In this document: positions 1 through 13,479 of the stretch, in pieces
Position numbering within the stretch: the first letter of the stretch is position 1
Layout of the letters: each line of letters opens with the position of its first letter
Assembly (NCBI RefSeq): GCF_036321535.1
Contig: NC_087472.1
Location: 93,498,001-93,562,000, forward strand
Reading direction: 5' to 3'
From: Camelus dromedarius
Taxonomy: Eukaryota
DNA: 64,000 nucleotides
Notes under the pieces: generated by a model
The model's database searches: none
The model's input: only the letters and a program-made list of their open reading frames with translations
Told to the model about the DNA's origin: nothing
Program-made: the position numbers and the translations under genes

Positions 1-745
1 TGGAAATGAGACGTAAATGTCATTTCTGTGTTTTGAAGAATCCAATTATACATTCTATTTTTATACTGGATATATTATAATATAAAATTATAAACCTGCT
101 TTAAACCCACAAAAGTAGTACAATTTAAACATTAAGGTTGACATTCTCATTATATAGTACATTTGCTTATCTTCAAGATCGCTTCATAGATGACCAAAGA
201 AAATGTATTCCTATCAATCATGAAAATTTCTGGTGTTCGGTCATTTCTCTGAAGATTCCATGGTCCAGTACCTACTTGAGAAATCTAAGAAATCATTTCA
301 CTAACTGAAGAAATTATATTCTTTCTCCTTCTCTGAATTGCTGCTGAATAATTTCCTTAAACTTTTTATTTAAGCCAGCTCTCATTTATCTATATTTCAA
401 AGGACTGTTAATACAATTCTGATAATTAAAAATCCTAAGTATCACAAGCTTTCCTACTTTAAACATTTTATAGCAATCTTTAGAAAGAAATTCATTAAGA
501 GTGTTTATTTCCACTTTTGACTAGTCAGCAGTTCCACAGTGAAGGTAGAAGTAGCAATTTAAATTACCTCAAGATAAATAGCATAGTGGGATGTGAAAAT
601 TCTTAAGTTAGGTAATAGTGAACTCTACCACACTTAGTGACCTTACTGAGCATCCATTTTTTGAGAACTGGAGGCAATCAGAAATTAGTACCCTCTTCTG
701 ATTTGAAATTATATGTTTTTTACAACAGTCGAGAACTAAATCTTT

Positions 746-845
746 ATATGAAAAAGAATATATATATGTATGTATAACTGAATCACTATGTTGTACACCA
801 GAAACTAACACAACATTGTAAATCAACTGTGCTTCAAAAAAGAAA
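746..845 (+). mobile_element. 5'-truncated L1 3' tail
   Basis: L1 3' UTR end (tgtataactgaatcactatgttgtacaccagaaactaacacaacattgtaaatcaac), TSD agaactaaatcttt (732-745, 846-859). Confidence 0.85.
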
Positions 846-1059
846 AGAACTAAATCTTTTAATTCACTTCATCGCCTTGTCCCAATATTTATAAAACCCA
901 CTCGGACTCCAGAAATCAATTTGGATCTCAACACCCTGAATGAAGTGAAGTGGTCTGCTCTTACATAAAGACTTCATCTTCCTATCATTTGCCATCTATC
1001 CATCTCTTAAGTTAAGATATGAGTATATATTCAGTACCTCCTGTATATCAAGCAATAGA

Positions 1060-1284
1060 TAGGAGACCTCAGACTTTTGCTGTAAAGGGCCAGATAGTAA
1101 ATACTTTAGGCTCTGCAAGCCATATGATCTTTGTCACAAGCAATTCAACTTTGTCCTTGTAGTATAAAATTAGCCCAAGATAACATGCAAATGAATGGGC
1201 ATGTTTTTGTTTCAATAAAGTTTTATTAACGAAATCGGGTGGTGGGCTGGATTTGTCCAATGGGAGGTAGTTTACTGAGCCCTA
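1060..1284 (+). mobile_element. MER58A-like hAT-Charlie MITE
   Basis: ctgtaaagggccagatagtaaatactttaggc...aataaagttttatt...gggctggatttg...gtagttt matches the recalled MER58A consensus. Confidence 0.85.
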
Positions 1285-1721
1285 GACAACATGAAAGACA
1301 TTTAATAGTATGTAGTAAGCAAATATAATCATAGGAATGAAAATGATAATGAGGAAAATTTTCAAGACAGGAAAAATGCAAAGCTTTTGGAAGTTGGTTA
1401 GAAGTTCTACACATTTGGATATAGGGCAAGAAAAGGAGAAAGAGAAGGGGGGGCAGAAGAGAGGTAGTTGGTTAATATAAGAATATCATGGTTTCCCGCA
1501 GTATTTAAAATCAACATGTTATATACTTTATTAAGAACAAAATATTAAGCATTCATTTTTGTTTTAGAAAAATTAACCCTAACATATAATACAGTATGCT
1601 ATATAACAGAAATAATATTCACCAAAAAGTAGGACTTTTCAGGAATAAACTCTCTCTCTTTATATGTATCTTTTATATTATATATGTAATTGGAAAAGTT
1701 ATTCATCATCCAGAATAGTTT

Positions 1722-1856
1722 AAAAATAGTAATTATGTGAGGTGAACTTTATTGTGGTAGCCAGTTTACAATATATAAATGTATCAAATCATCACATTGT
1801 ATACCTTAAACTTATGCAATGTTTGTGTCAGTTATATCTCAGTAAAGCTGGGGAAA
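1722..1856 (+). mobile_element. Old L1M 3' tail fragment
   Basis: tcaaatcatcacattgtataccttaaacttatgcaatg...tatatctcagtaaagctgg. Confidence 0.7.
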
Positions 1857-3549
1857 TATTTTATGTATGAGAAATTGTTTGTTCTTAAATCACTTTTCAT
1901 ACAAGGCAATTCAGGAATAATTTTAGGTAAAAAGCCTCTGACTGTATATCAGAAAATTAAATAATAAAATTTAATTTGAAATGCTTTTTTGAAAATATTC
2001 AAGTATCTCCAAAACATTTTCAGACAGATAACCCAGGTTATAAGATTTAATGCAGATTTGAACACTGTGACAATATAGTATATCCAGTGGGAAGAGAAAA
2101 GAACAAGGTTAAAATGTCATTTATTCTTTATATCATCATCATTTGTATTGAACTCCTATAAGCAAATGTTGGTAGGCAGTTAACTATTTAAAGATGTAAA
2201 AGTGATGTGAAACATTACATAGTGTAAAGCTTCCAAAGAGCAGCTCTCATTGAATGTGAAAATGAATTAGAGACAGTCAGATCAAGCTTACTAATTAAAT
2301 ACATGGAGAATCTTAGTTGGGAAAATCATCTAATTCCAACTTAAATACTGGAGTTAGGTTTTAGGGATAAAGTTTGAACTGTCATTTTTTCATTCTTTTA
2401 GTTTCTGTTAATATTTTCTAGCTAACCTTCTTAGAGTAATATTTCGTTAACAAATTTCTTCTTTCAATTTATTAAACACAACTTATAAATATCTGATGTA
2501 TTAGACATACAATAGGATAGTTATATTTAATAGCATAATCTCATTGTTCTTATTGTGTCTCATTTCTATCCTTTCATAATTACATCATTATATTGTTTTC
2601 TACATCATAATTTCATCATTATATTTTCATAATTACATCATTATATTTTAATCTAAAAGTTGTTTCTGACCATCAGTGGAAATACACATTAACCCTACTG
2701 ACCACATATATTTTGAGCATTCTTTTAAACTGACATGGTGCGTTTAGGTTATGCTACTTTTATTCTATAAAATGTTTTATTTTGAAGTATATGGGGGGAT
2801 TGGGTTTCTCCCTATCTTGAAAATTAATAACATGTATGTTATAATTCTCATAACATATGGAGAAAAATCCATGTTTACAACTTATGAAATGCTCCATTGT
2901 GCTGTGGCTTATTTTGAATATATAATATTATTTTAAAGGCTCAAAAAGTGTAGTTTAGAAAATTTCCTTAAGGAACATGAAGAATAAAAGGAATTTACCT
3001 GTCAGTTTCTTAAGAAGCAAAGAGTTTATTACACAATGTCAATACATTGAAAATAATCATTTAATACCAACTCTTGGCCATGTGCTAAGCTAGAGGCCAG
3101 AGACACAGCAATGGAGAAGTAAGCTATGAGTATCCATGCTCTTGTGGAGTTCATAGGCTACTAGGGCAGGTAATTTTTGAAATAAGTAATTATACAAGTA
3201 GTTAAATAGTTGCAATTGTGATAAATGCTTTCAAATGCAGTGTTATGGCCAAACTGCCTTATTCTGGAGATAAAGGAGAAGTTAGAACCCACGGTGTTGG
3301 GGGTAAGAGAAGAGTAACATAATAGTCACATGAGGTTAAAATAAAAATAGTTTTTCAGAAACAAGGAAATGCTGCATGTCTGCCTCATGCAAATTTTCTT
3401 TGAGATGACCAGTTTGTCTACTCTGTGAGTTTCTAAAATGGAGATTCTGTCCTCAAATCTGATTTACTATAATATAGCTGTGCACTCAGAAGATACTCTT
3501 AGAAAAATCTGAAAATGAATGAATGTTTTTGTCCTAATTCTGCTGAGTT

Positions 3550-4015
3550 TGTTAACCAAAATTTCAGAAATAGAGAGACCTGATTGAAATTTATAAATGA
3601 CTGTTTATTTGGGGTTTGTTAGGACTACAGCCCAGGAGACACAGATTCAAGAAAACACTTGAATTGTGTTCTGCCAGACTACAAAATGGGGGAGGCTTAT
3701 AAAGGAAAAAAACCACAAGGTTACAGTTAGTTATATAAGTTGTTAATCAAGAATTATAATTGGAGCTGGCAAGAGGTAAGGGTGCTTGTTAAGTAGCGAT
3801 TGGTTGGGGTCCAAAATGGTTGCCTAAGTATAAGTGGAGACCTTGAGACCATAAGGTTGCAGCTGGCTGGTACTGTCCTCGGGTCTGGTACAGTTCAAGA
3901 AAGTTCAGGTTCTCAGTGGTGCAGAGACATGTCTGGGACCTGATCCTCAGTGGCTACCCGACTCTGATTTTGTATGCTTTAACTGTAATTACTCCATTAT
4001 AATTTCAGTTTGTCA
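3550..4015 (-). mobile_element. Probable solo LTR (ERV1-like)
   Basis: TG...CA bounded block of about 465 bp, less AT-rich than flanks, with CCAAT, TATAA and AATAAA in LTR order on the minus strand. No clear TSD. Confidence 0.5.
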
Positions 4016-4313
4016 TCGATATGATAATTAGGTACAATTGCCCTTACTGCTTTCTACTTTTCTTCTCTCCATTAATCACTATTGGGTTTTTTTGAAGCTG
4101 CTTACCTGAAAACAAAACCAAAAACAAAACAAAACAAACCCAACCTGCATAGCACTATCTTAGGTCTCAGTTAGGGACATAAAATGTGTAATTGGGTTAT
4201 ATGAGGGTGGCATGATATTGCTCAATGGGAGATTCCATTTTCTGACTTAAATTCAAATCAGAAATTATTTTTCCCAGAAATTTAGGCTTAAAATGTCACC
4301 GTGCACTGTGCAC

Positions 4314-4785
4314 TGACCAAGACAGCCTTAACGTTCCCCTCAGCTTGACTAAACTTTAGACAAGCTTCTTCCTAACTATAGACCCCTGACTTCCTTATTG
4401 TAGAACATTTATTTAAGAAAACTGGCAATTGTAAATTTTTTTCTCTGCCCTTTTGAGATGTAAATATTCTGCAACTGAGGAATGTCTTTCTCAGACCTAG
4501 GAGCTATACCTCTGAAATGTAATTATTAGAAATGTTTCCCAGACTCTGTGATAGTTGCAGACTAATTTAAATCAGCACCAATTAGCAAACACAGATAGCC
4601 TAATCACATTGACACACTTTTCTCCAGTGTCCTCTAGTATATTTCCATTAGCTCACCCCAGCCTTTAAAATCCTCTGCTTTTTTGTTTCCATGAAGTTGA
4701 GTTACATCTCTCTCCCCTATTGCAATGGCCTTGAATATATTCTCTTTTGGCTGTTTAACTAATCTGGTGAAATTTTTCTTTTTCA
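4314..4785 (+). mobile_element. ERV1-class solo LTR (MER89/MER34-like)
   Basis: ttcccctcagcttgactaaactttagacaagcttcttcct...gagttacatctctctcccctattgcaatggccttgaata...tgtttaact resembles MER4-group LTRs. Confidence 0.65.
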
Positions 4786-5415
4786 GCATAGAGAATGCTG
4801 TTTCCTTCTAATTTTATGTGGAATAAGATCAGATATTGCAGCTATACTAAGGACCACAACCTGGGTTAAATCAAACACATCAGAGGGATACAATCATTTT
4901 TTAGAGGGAAATTACACAGACTTTATGATTACAGTCTATTCTTAGAAAACCCAGTAAGGTTTACACAATCAGAGCTATGAAGCAGTGCAAATAGTATGAG
5001 GTGAGCCAAGGCAGCTTTTGACACAGAAGAGGAAAACAATTGCTTAACAATTATTCTAATTTATTGACTGAAAAAGAAATGGAAATTGATATTCAAAACC
5101 CATGGTAGATTCTTTATAGGCTGTTTAATACATATGTATATGTTACATTCTATATAATTTAAATTCTAGAGCTTGGCCTCAATCATTCTCAAGAAAAATT
5201 TATTATTATTTTACTTTATTTTTTGTTACCTTGCTCAATTTCTTAACCTCCTTAAATATTGCTATAGGTACATAATTGATCACTAAAAGTAAAAATATAA
5301 ACTTCAGAATAGATAACATTTCCCACTCCCATTTCCCTCATACCCATGATATGTCACTTATGATGTCTACCATGTATTTCACTTTCACTGTGGTTCATAT
5401 GTGGAGTCTCTAGAT

Positions 5416-5612
5416 TAGCATTGTGCAATAGAACTTTCTGCAATGATGGAAATGTTTCAATAAAGTAACCTTTAACCACATGTGCTTATTGAGCACTTGC
5501 AATCTGGCTAGTGTGACCAGGGAACTGAAATTTTAACTTTATTCAGTGACAAATTTAATTTAAATGTAAATAATCACACATGGCTAGTGACTACTATATT
5601 GGATAGTGCACT
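5416..5612 (+). mobile_element. MER3-like hAT-Charlie MITE
   Basis: caatagaactttctgcaatgatggaaatgtt...ttgagcacttg...catggctagtgactactatattggatagtgca. Confidence 0.85.
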
Positions 5613-5734
5613 AGATCATATCAATCATAAATCTATCTCATTGTCAATGTGTTAGGGAGAGCTTGCTAGGAAGTTAATCATAAAAAGATTTTTACAAAGT
5701 TCTTATAATAGAAAATGAGATCTATGCTAGCTAG

Positions 5735-5949
5735 GTCAGTTTCTCAATCTCAGCACTTTTGGCATTTTGGGTCAGATAAATTCTTTGGGGTGTGTGTTTG
5801 TGTGTGTGTGTGTGTGCTGGGGAGATGTCTTGTGCAGAGAAAATGTTTAGCAGCATCCCTGGCCTCTAACCCCTAGATGACAGATGCACCTCTGCTCTAG
5901 TTATGACAACCAAAAATGTCTTCAGACATTGCTAAATGTCCTCTGGGGC
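5735..5949 (+). mobile_element. MER20-like hAT element with internal (TG)n
   Basis: ttctcaatctcagcact...atgtttagcagcatccctggcctcta...tgacaaccaaaaatgtcttcagacattgc; (TG)n at about 5790-5816. Confidence 0.85.
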
Positions 5950-6619
5950 TTTAAGGAGCATCCACATAAGCACTAGCTTTAAACCTGATTATTCCTGGTG
6001 GAATGCTGGCCACTTCTTCAGGCATTCTGCCTCTGAGACCACCTGGTCAATTAAGGAGGCTCATTGACATGTCCCCTGGGCTGTATATCTGAATATGTGC
6101 CTGTGAAGTAAGAGGTGGAGAGAAAACAGTACAGGAAAAAAAGGAAGAGAACTAATTCCTACAGACACAAGAAAATATTAATTTTTATTTATTATTTATT
6201 TATTATTTATTTTTTTGAAAATATTAATTTTTGAATTAGATACTTTGAGTTCTTGCACTTTTAACTTTGCAAAATGACCTCATCTATATTTCCTAATGTG
6301 TTTGAATACTTAGAATTACTCACATTTAAAGAGTTTCTTAACTCATATTATTTTGTCACATTTAATTTAAGAAGTACTTAAATAGCATTCTTAAATCTCA
6401 CCCCTGTGAAACAAGAATAGAAATAAAAATCCATTCTAAATCTGTCAAGGGTCAGAGTCACATTCCCCACCTCAAATGGAAGCAAATTAGCCCTGTACAG
6501 GTGAATAAGGGATGTGTACAGCAGCAACTGGGGGAAGGGGAGGAGGACATCACCACATCACCTGTGAACTATGGATGTAGTCCTGGATACAGATATTCTA
6601 GAAGCAGCGGTCATGTATA

Positions 6620-6745
6620 GACTTAGAAAAAAGAGTCTCTGGGCTCAGAAGATGTAAGTTCTAGTTTCTAGTCTGCCATATTTAAACTGTGTGACCCTCA
6701 GCAACTATGCTTCTTCATCTTGAATGTTCTCATTTAATTAATTGT
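6620..6745 (+). mobile_element. MIR fragment
   Basis: cagaagatgtaagttctagtttctagtctgccat...ctgtgtgaccctcagcaa core. Confidence 0.55.
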
Positions 6746-7559
6746 ACAAAGGCATATCCAATCCAAGTACTTCATGTTTGATTTAGCATTGAGAATGAAA
6801 CGAAATGCTATGAGTGTTTGGTTTTTAGCAGTACTGTGATACAGCTAAATAGATATCTCTTTACAAGCTTCCAGATGTAGTCTGGGCTGCAATAACTTAT
6901 ATTCATAATGAAGGCCTACAGCAATATTATTACTACCTGTACTTTTTCAGAATACGTAGTACATGCTCGTTTTCAGTAACATATTTCTCGCTTTTCTGAA
7001 AATTTCTACCCCTGTCTACCAAATCAGAAGTGATTGCAAAGACTACCATTTATCAATGCATTAGTGTTTTTATTTTTATTTTTTAAGCTAAAGTATAAAA
7101 TACCTCTGGCCATTTTTAAATACAACATTTGAAGCTTTTTTGGAAACAAATCAGCATGTGTTTACTAATAACTTGAACAAACATTTCATTACATTTATTC
7201 CTACTGAGAGTACCAAGATGCCTCTATGTTTTGTTGGGGCTTATCACAGATGTAGTTCTACATATGATAATAAGGAGAATATAATTCTATTTAACAATTA
7301 CCAAATGCCTTTTATTTGCAAGTTATTGTTAATAAAACAGTATAAAACATGCCACAGTTTTACTCAAAGGATTTTTAAATTCTTGATGTATTTATAAATA
7401 TGTTTTAGATTTAAAATTAGTTGTTCCTCTATTTCCAGAACAAAATATGAGGTAAGAAAACAACCATAACTTAAGCAAAAAGGAGATTTTCACTCTACGG
7501 CAAGTTGAGGAATACCATTTTAAAAATTGTGATGCTTTTAAATAAAAACAAGAATGCTG

Positions 7560-7651
7560 GATATGTTGATTAACTTGACTGTAGTAATCTTTTCACTGTG
7601 TATATGTGTATCAAACATCATGTTTTACACCTTAAATATATGCAATTTAAA
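7560..7651 (+). mobile_element. 5'-truncated L1 3' tail
   Basis: L1M tail sequence with 16-bp TSD aaaaacaagaatgctg (7544-7559, 7652-7667). Confidence 0.8.
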
Positions 7652-8687
7652 AAAAACAAGAATGCTGATTTTTGGAGAGGGAGCAGGGAATGTAAAAAAT
7701 GTGATGAGTTTAATAAAATCAAGAACTCAAGTTTTGGTGGAGTAGGCAAGGAATTGTGCATTATAGATCAAATTGTTACAGTAGTGAAACATGGTATTTG
7801 AAATAAAATACATGTATTCAATCTTTAAAAGATAAGTTACTTTTAAGAAAATGTGGAAAATAAGTTTATATGACTGCCACTTCAAAAATGGCACTTTTTT
7901 TTATTGATAATGTTGGCATCATGTATATGGTGGGGATCTTCATGAATAATTTTTGAGAGTGGAGATTTACTAAGGAAAAGAGTTGGCCTAATTACTTTCT
8001 CCATTTATTTGGATTAAAAAAATTTGGCTTGATTAAGTGTGCTACTGTGATGCACACACAAACTGAGTCTGCTAATAAACATTGTCAGAAAATGAAATAT
8101 TTCCAACAGTGTTAATATTTATTAATGTTACAAGAATTTAGAAATCCTAATATATAAATACTTCGATTATATTATTTAAATTCAATAAAGTACATCTATA
8201 ATGGCATATAATCCCAAAATTCTGGGATTGAAATAATTAAGAATAATTTTATTTCAGTGCTATTGGAGGACACCAAATATTTGGATCAATAAATGTTGAT
8301 TAGCCTCAGGAAGTATTTCATATGTTGTGAGGACAGAAAATAGCTCTAAGATACAAAGTTACTTGAATTGTGGCCGTTTTATAGAAGGGCTGTTAATGAT
8401 AACAGGTCTGTCTAGAAATGGAGGGGGGATCATTTGGGAGTTCGTGCTTTGCAGTGAATAGAAGAAAAAGTAATCTGCAAATTCCAACCAAATGACAGAA
8501 ATTCTATTGTCCCCCCTGGTGTGGGTGGAAGAAGAATTATAGGATAAATAATTGATACTTAACTGAGTAGCCACTTTCTGTCAGAGACTATAGAGGTACT
8601 TTACATGCACTGCTTTATTTAAAGTTTATGTAGCAGGTGTGATCTGCTTTTTTAAAAATTAAAAAAAAAATTTTTTAAATGTGGAGC

Positions 8688-8843
8688 CGTCATCCCAAAG
8701 AAGTAAGCCAGAAAGAGAAAGAAAAATACCATATGATATCACTCATATATGGAATCTAAAAAAAAGAAAAAGAAAAAAGAAGACACTAATGAACTTATCT
8801 ACAAAACAGAAACAGACTCACAGAAATAGTAAACAAACTTATG
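8688..8843 (+). mobile_element. Young L1 fragment (ORF2 end / start of 3' UTR)
   Basis: gaagtaagccagaaagagaaagaaaaataccatatg matches the L1 copies at 22192 and 23354. Confidence 0.8.
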
Positions 8844-9999
8844 CTTTTTGTACTTAAATGTTCTTGTCCTCAAATGATTTTGTCAGCAGGAACTCAATTT
8901 CTGTTTCTTGAGTTGAACATCCCTTCTCTTAATAACGAATCTAGATCTTTAACTCCTTTACCCCTTTTTACATGACACATACGACCTTGTACTTGGTGGC
9001 CTTTCCTCTTAGTAAATCTTATCTAGAACCATCACAAAACATCATTGAGTTTCTGGTACAGTTTGACCTCCAAAAGGATGTCGCATGAGTTTCAATTCTT
9101 TCCTCCCATGTGGCTCATTGTCTCTCAGGCACATTTATCTTACCTCCTCCCAGTAAACAAGACTGCAATCAAGGGATATTGAGAGGCGCCTTCTTTGTTA
9201 GGCTAGTTATACTGCAGATGTATACATCTCCCAAGGCTACAGGTGCCTCCTTTCTTCATATTTGCATAATTGGGATGGGACATTTAAGAAGAAGAAAGGG
9301 AAGATGAAGGTGAAGACAAGAGATAAGGAGAAGGAAAAGAAGGAGGAAGAATTCAACGATGAATTGATTTATATAAGGATTTTAGTTTTTTCTTAAAAAA
9401 TCAGGTACTTTAAACGTAATACGTCCCAGCAAGTTGGATCAAGTTCTCTCAGTTTCCAGTTTTCTTAAAGCTATACATAAGCGAAGCTACACATACAGTG
9501 AAGAAAAGTGTTATGTCCCCTGGCATTAGGCAGTATGCCAATTTAGTAACAATAGGAGTGATACCTAGTGAGCTTTTCTCAAAGTCATTTTATTTCTGTA
9601 CCTCTAAAAAAGTACACTATTTTTGTTTGTATGCTATTGATTTAAAAATAGGTGGCATATGACGTACAAGAAAGAGACAAAGGAAATGGAAAAACTTTTT
9701 TTTCTGTAACAATGGAAATAAACAGAGCCACATCACATCCTGTGCAAGAATGAGACACTGTATGAACATTTAAAAAAGACAAATACTGCAAGAAAAACGT
9801 GTATATTTATAATTAATTAGAAAACCAAAATGCCTTCTGTTAAAGGGAGTTTAGAGGCTAATGCACCAACTGGAATGCCTGATACAGTGAAGATGAGGAG
9901 GAAAAAGTTTAGAATCACTACCCTTGGGATAGAAATTGCAGAGACCACAGTCAATTATATCATGCTCAACTGACTGATTTTCAAGAGAACACTTGGTCA

Positions 10000-10138
10000 A
10001 ATGATTTGGGAACTATTTGACACCTGCAAAATATCTTCACAGCACTACCTAGATTAGTGTTTTATTGAGTAACTGGGAGAAGGTGTGTGTATACCAGGGG
10101 ATGAGAGTCTTGGGGAGACATCTTAGTATTCTATCACA
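10000..10138 (-). mobile_element. MLT1E/F-like MaLR LTR fragment
   Basis: ctgcaaaatatcttcacagcactacctagattagtgttt...aactgggagaaggtgtgtgtataccagggg. Confidence 0.7.
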
Positions 10139-10436
10139 ATGTCTTTAGTTTACAGGTCAATATTTTTTCTCCTAGAGGAACTCTTACAAATATTCCTCAA
10201 AAGCCATGTAGAAAAATGTTTATAAAAATGGACAAAATGGAAACAACCTTACTGTAAATACTTATCAACAAGGTAATAGATACATGGAATGTATTATTTT
10301 CAAAAAATGTGAAGGGTGAAATTAAGCCAACTGTTTCAATATGGATGAATCTCAGAAATATAATGCTGAAAAGTTGCCAGTTATAGCAGAATTTATAAAA
10401 TACAGTATCATATACAACATATTATATGCAAAACAT

Positions 10437-10466
10437 ACACACACACACACACACATATATATATAT
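10437..10466. repeat. (CA)n(TA)n microsatellite
   Basis: Direct reading. Confidence 0.9.
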
Positions 10467-10724
10467 GTTAGGGTTACCAAAATAAATAACTCCTATAAAT
10501 CAATGGTAAAATCCTAATACAAATAAGGATATGGACAGGAATTTCACAGAATAGGAAACTTGAATTTAGCATAAAAATATATTCTCACTAGAAATTTGGA
10601 AAACACAAATTGGCATAATTAGATACTATTTCACTCACCTTTGAGGGCCAAAAACCATTAAGTGTGGAAGGCCTAGTATTGGTTAAGGACATTAATGGAC
10701 ATGCATATTGATGCAACTACTTTG

Positions 10725-13453
10725 GTTCAACATTTGAAAATTAATGTAATGCACCATTCAACAGGTTAAAGAATAAATATATCATCATATCAATTGACAC
10801 ATAAGGGATATGACAAAATCCAACATCTATTCATGATGAAAACTTTCAGCAGACTAAGAATAGAGTGGAACTTCTTCAATTTGGTAAATAACATCTACAG
10901 AAGACCTATAGCTAACATCATCTTTAACACTGAAAGAGAAAGTTTTTCCCCTAATATCTGGAACAAGACAAGGATGCTCGTTCTCACCACTCTTAATCAA
11001 CATAGTACTAGGCATTCTTACCACTGAAATAAGGCATGATGATGATGATAATTAATAAATAAAAGGCATATGGATTGGTTGGAAAGGAAGAAATAAAGAT
11101 TTTCCTATTTTCAGATGACATTCTGTCTGCATAGAAAATACCAAAGAACCTAAAAGAAAAAAAAAAATAAAAACCTAGCACTAATAAATGAGGTTAGCAA
11201 TGTTTTAGAATACAAAATTAACACAAAAATCAATTGCATATCTATATATTGTCTATCAACATGTGGAAAATGAAATTAAAAGGACAATACCATTTACAAC
11301 TACACAGAAAATGAAATATTTAGGTATAAATCTAATAAATCACGTTCAGAATATGTATGCTGAAAATTCCAGTGAGAAGACTGCATTCATCCAGGTCAGT
11401 AGCCCTGCCTGGGCAGATAAAATGCCAGTCTCATTGTCACCTCTGTGATCCCTCCTTGTCAAGGCCTCCTTCCTACTGGATGAGAGTGTTTGTGTGTTTC
11501 ATGATGATCATGATCCCCTTGATAGGTGTTTGGATATTTCTTAGTGTACTGTGTGTGTGTGTGAAGCTTTATGAAACATGTTCTCTTTTTGAGTCAATAG
11601 CCAGCTATAGGTGCTGTTTCAGTTGTTATTTAGCATGGTGATTGCAGAGTGACCAGCTTACTGGACACTGAGATTGTTCAGATGAGACAGAGGGGAGCAG
11701 TGACCATTGTCTTCACAAAATTGTTACAATACCTTACTGATTAAATAAATCAAAGAAGACTTCAATAAATGGAGATACATACTGTCTCTGTGGATTAGAA
11801 AACTCCATATAGTAAAGATGTCAGTTCTCTCCGAATTAATCTATAGGTTTAGTGTGGTTACTATTAAAATCACAGCAAGGATTTTGTAGATATAGAAAAG
11901 CTTATTCTAAAACTTATGTAGAAAGGTGTAGGCCTTCGAATACCTAAATCAATGAAAAAGAATAAAATGAGAGAAATCTTTCTACCCAATATTAACACCT
12001 ACTATGTAACTACAGTAATCAAGACAGTGTTGTATTATCAGAGGAACAGAATAGAGAACCCAGAGGTAGGCCTATATAATATGCCCAACTGATTTTTTTT
12101 TTTTTTACAGAGGTACAAAAGGAATTCAATGGAGGAAGTGTAACCTTTTCAACAAATAGTGCAATAGCAGTTGGATATCCCTAGGCAAAACAATAACAGC
12201 AACAAACAATCTTGACCTAAATTTCACACCTTATACAAAAATTAATCTAAAAACAGATCACATACTGAAATGTTAAATGAAAACTATAAAACTTTTTGGG
12301 AAAAAATAGGAGAAAAATCTTTGGAATATAGGATAAAAATCTTTGGAACCTTTGGGCTAGATAAGAGTTCTTAGACTTTAGACCAAAACCATGATCCATA
12401 AAAGGAAAGACTGATAAATTGGATCTTATCCAAATTAAAAACTTGCTCTTTGAAAGATCCTGTTCAGAGGATGAAAAGACAAGCTATCCAACAAAGGGCT
12501 AGTATTTAGGATACTATATATACTGTATAAAGAACTCTCAAAACTCAACAGCAAAAAACCAATAGATCCAATAAGAAAATGGGCAAAAGATAAGAAGTGA
12601 CATTTCACTGAGGAGGATATATGGATGGTGAATAGTCAGATGAAAAGATGTTCAATCTCATTAGCCATTAGGGGAATGCAAATTAAAATCATGATGAGAT
12701 ATCACTACACAACTGTCAGAATAGCTAAAATTAAAAAATAATGACAACACCGAATGCTGGCATGGATGTGGAAAACCTAGATCACTCATTGCTGGTGGGG
12801 ATGTAAAAATGGTGCAGTCATTCTGGATAACATTTTGACAGTTTCTTATAAAACTAAATATGCAACTACCTTACAACCCAGCAATATATATCCCAGAGAA
12901 GTGAAAACTTATGTTTACATGAAAACCTGTATATTAATTAACTGCTCATAGCAGCTTTATTTGTAATAGCCCAAACTAGGAACAACCCAGATGTCCCTCA
13001 GTGGGACCCACAGACTGTGATAATCCATATCATGGTATACCATTCAGCATAAAAAAGAATGAAATGTTGATATGCAACTGGATGATCTCCAGGGAATTAT
13101 GCTGAGTGACAAAAAACAATCCCCACAAAGATTGCAAACAGTTTTATTCCACCTATATTACACTCTTGAAGTGACAAAATTATAGAAATGAAGATGAGAC
13201 TGATGGTTTCAATTGGACAGGGACAAGTGGGTGTTAACTACAAAAGGCAACATGAGGGATCCTTGTGGTGATGAAATTATTCTGTATCTTGACTGTATTA
13301 ATATCAGTATCTTGTTTGATATAGTAGTAATGTTTTATAAGAGTTACCATTGGGGAAAACTGGGTAAAGGATACATGTGATGTCTCTGTATTGTTTCTTA
13401 TAGCTGCATATGAACCTAAAATTATCTCAAAATAAAAATTTTAATTAAAAAAA
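10725..13453 (+). mobile_element. Old L1M (MB/MC/MD-type): degenerate ORF2 3' half and 3' UTR
   Basis: ORF2-like remnants (YDKIQHLFMMKT; IPFTTTQKMKYLGINL), 3' UTR and A-rich end; interrupted at about 11369-11722. Confidence 0.88.
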
Positions 13454-13479
13454 TTAATAGAATTAATGTTTAAAATTTC

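Noticed and set aside
2573..2649. Three imperfect copies of cataattacatcattatatt
   Set aside because: Ordinary AT-rich slippage repeat.
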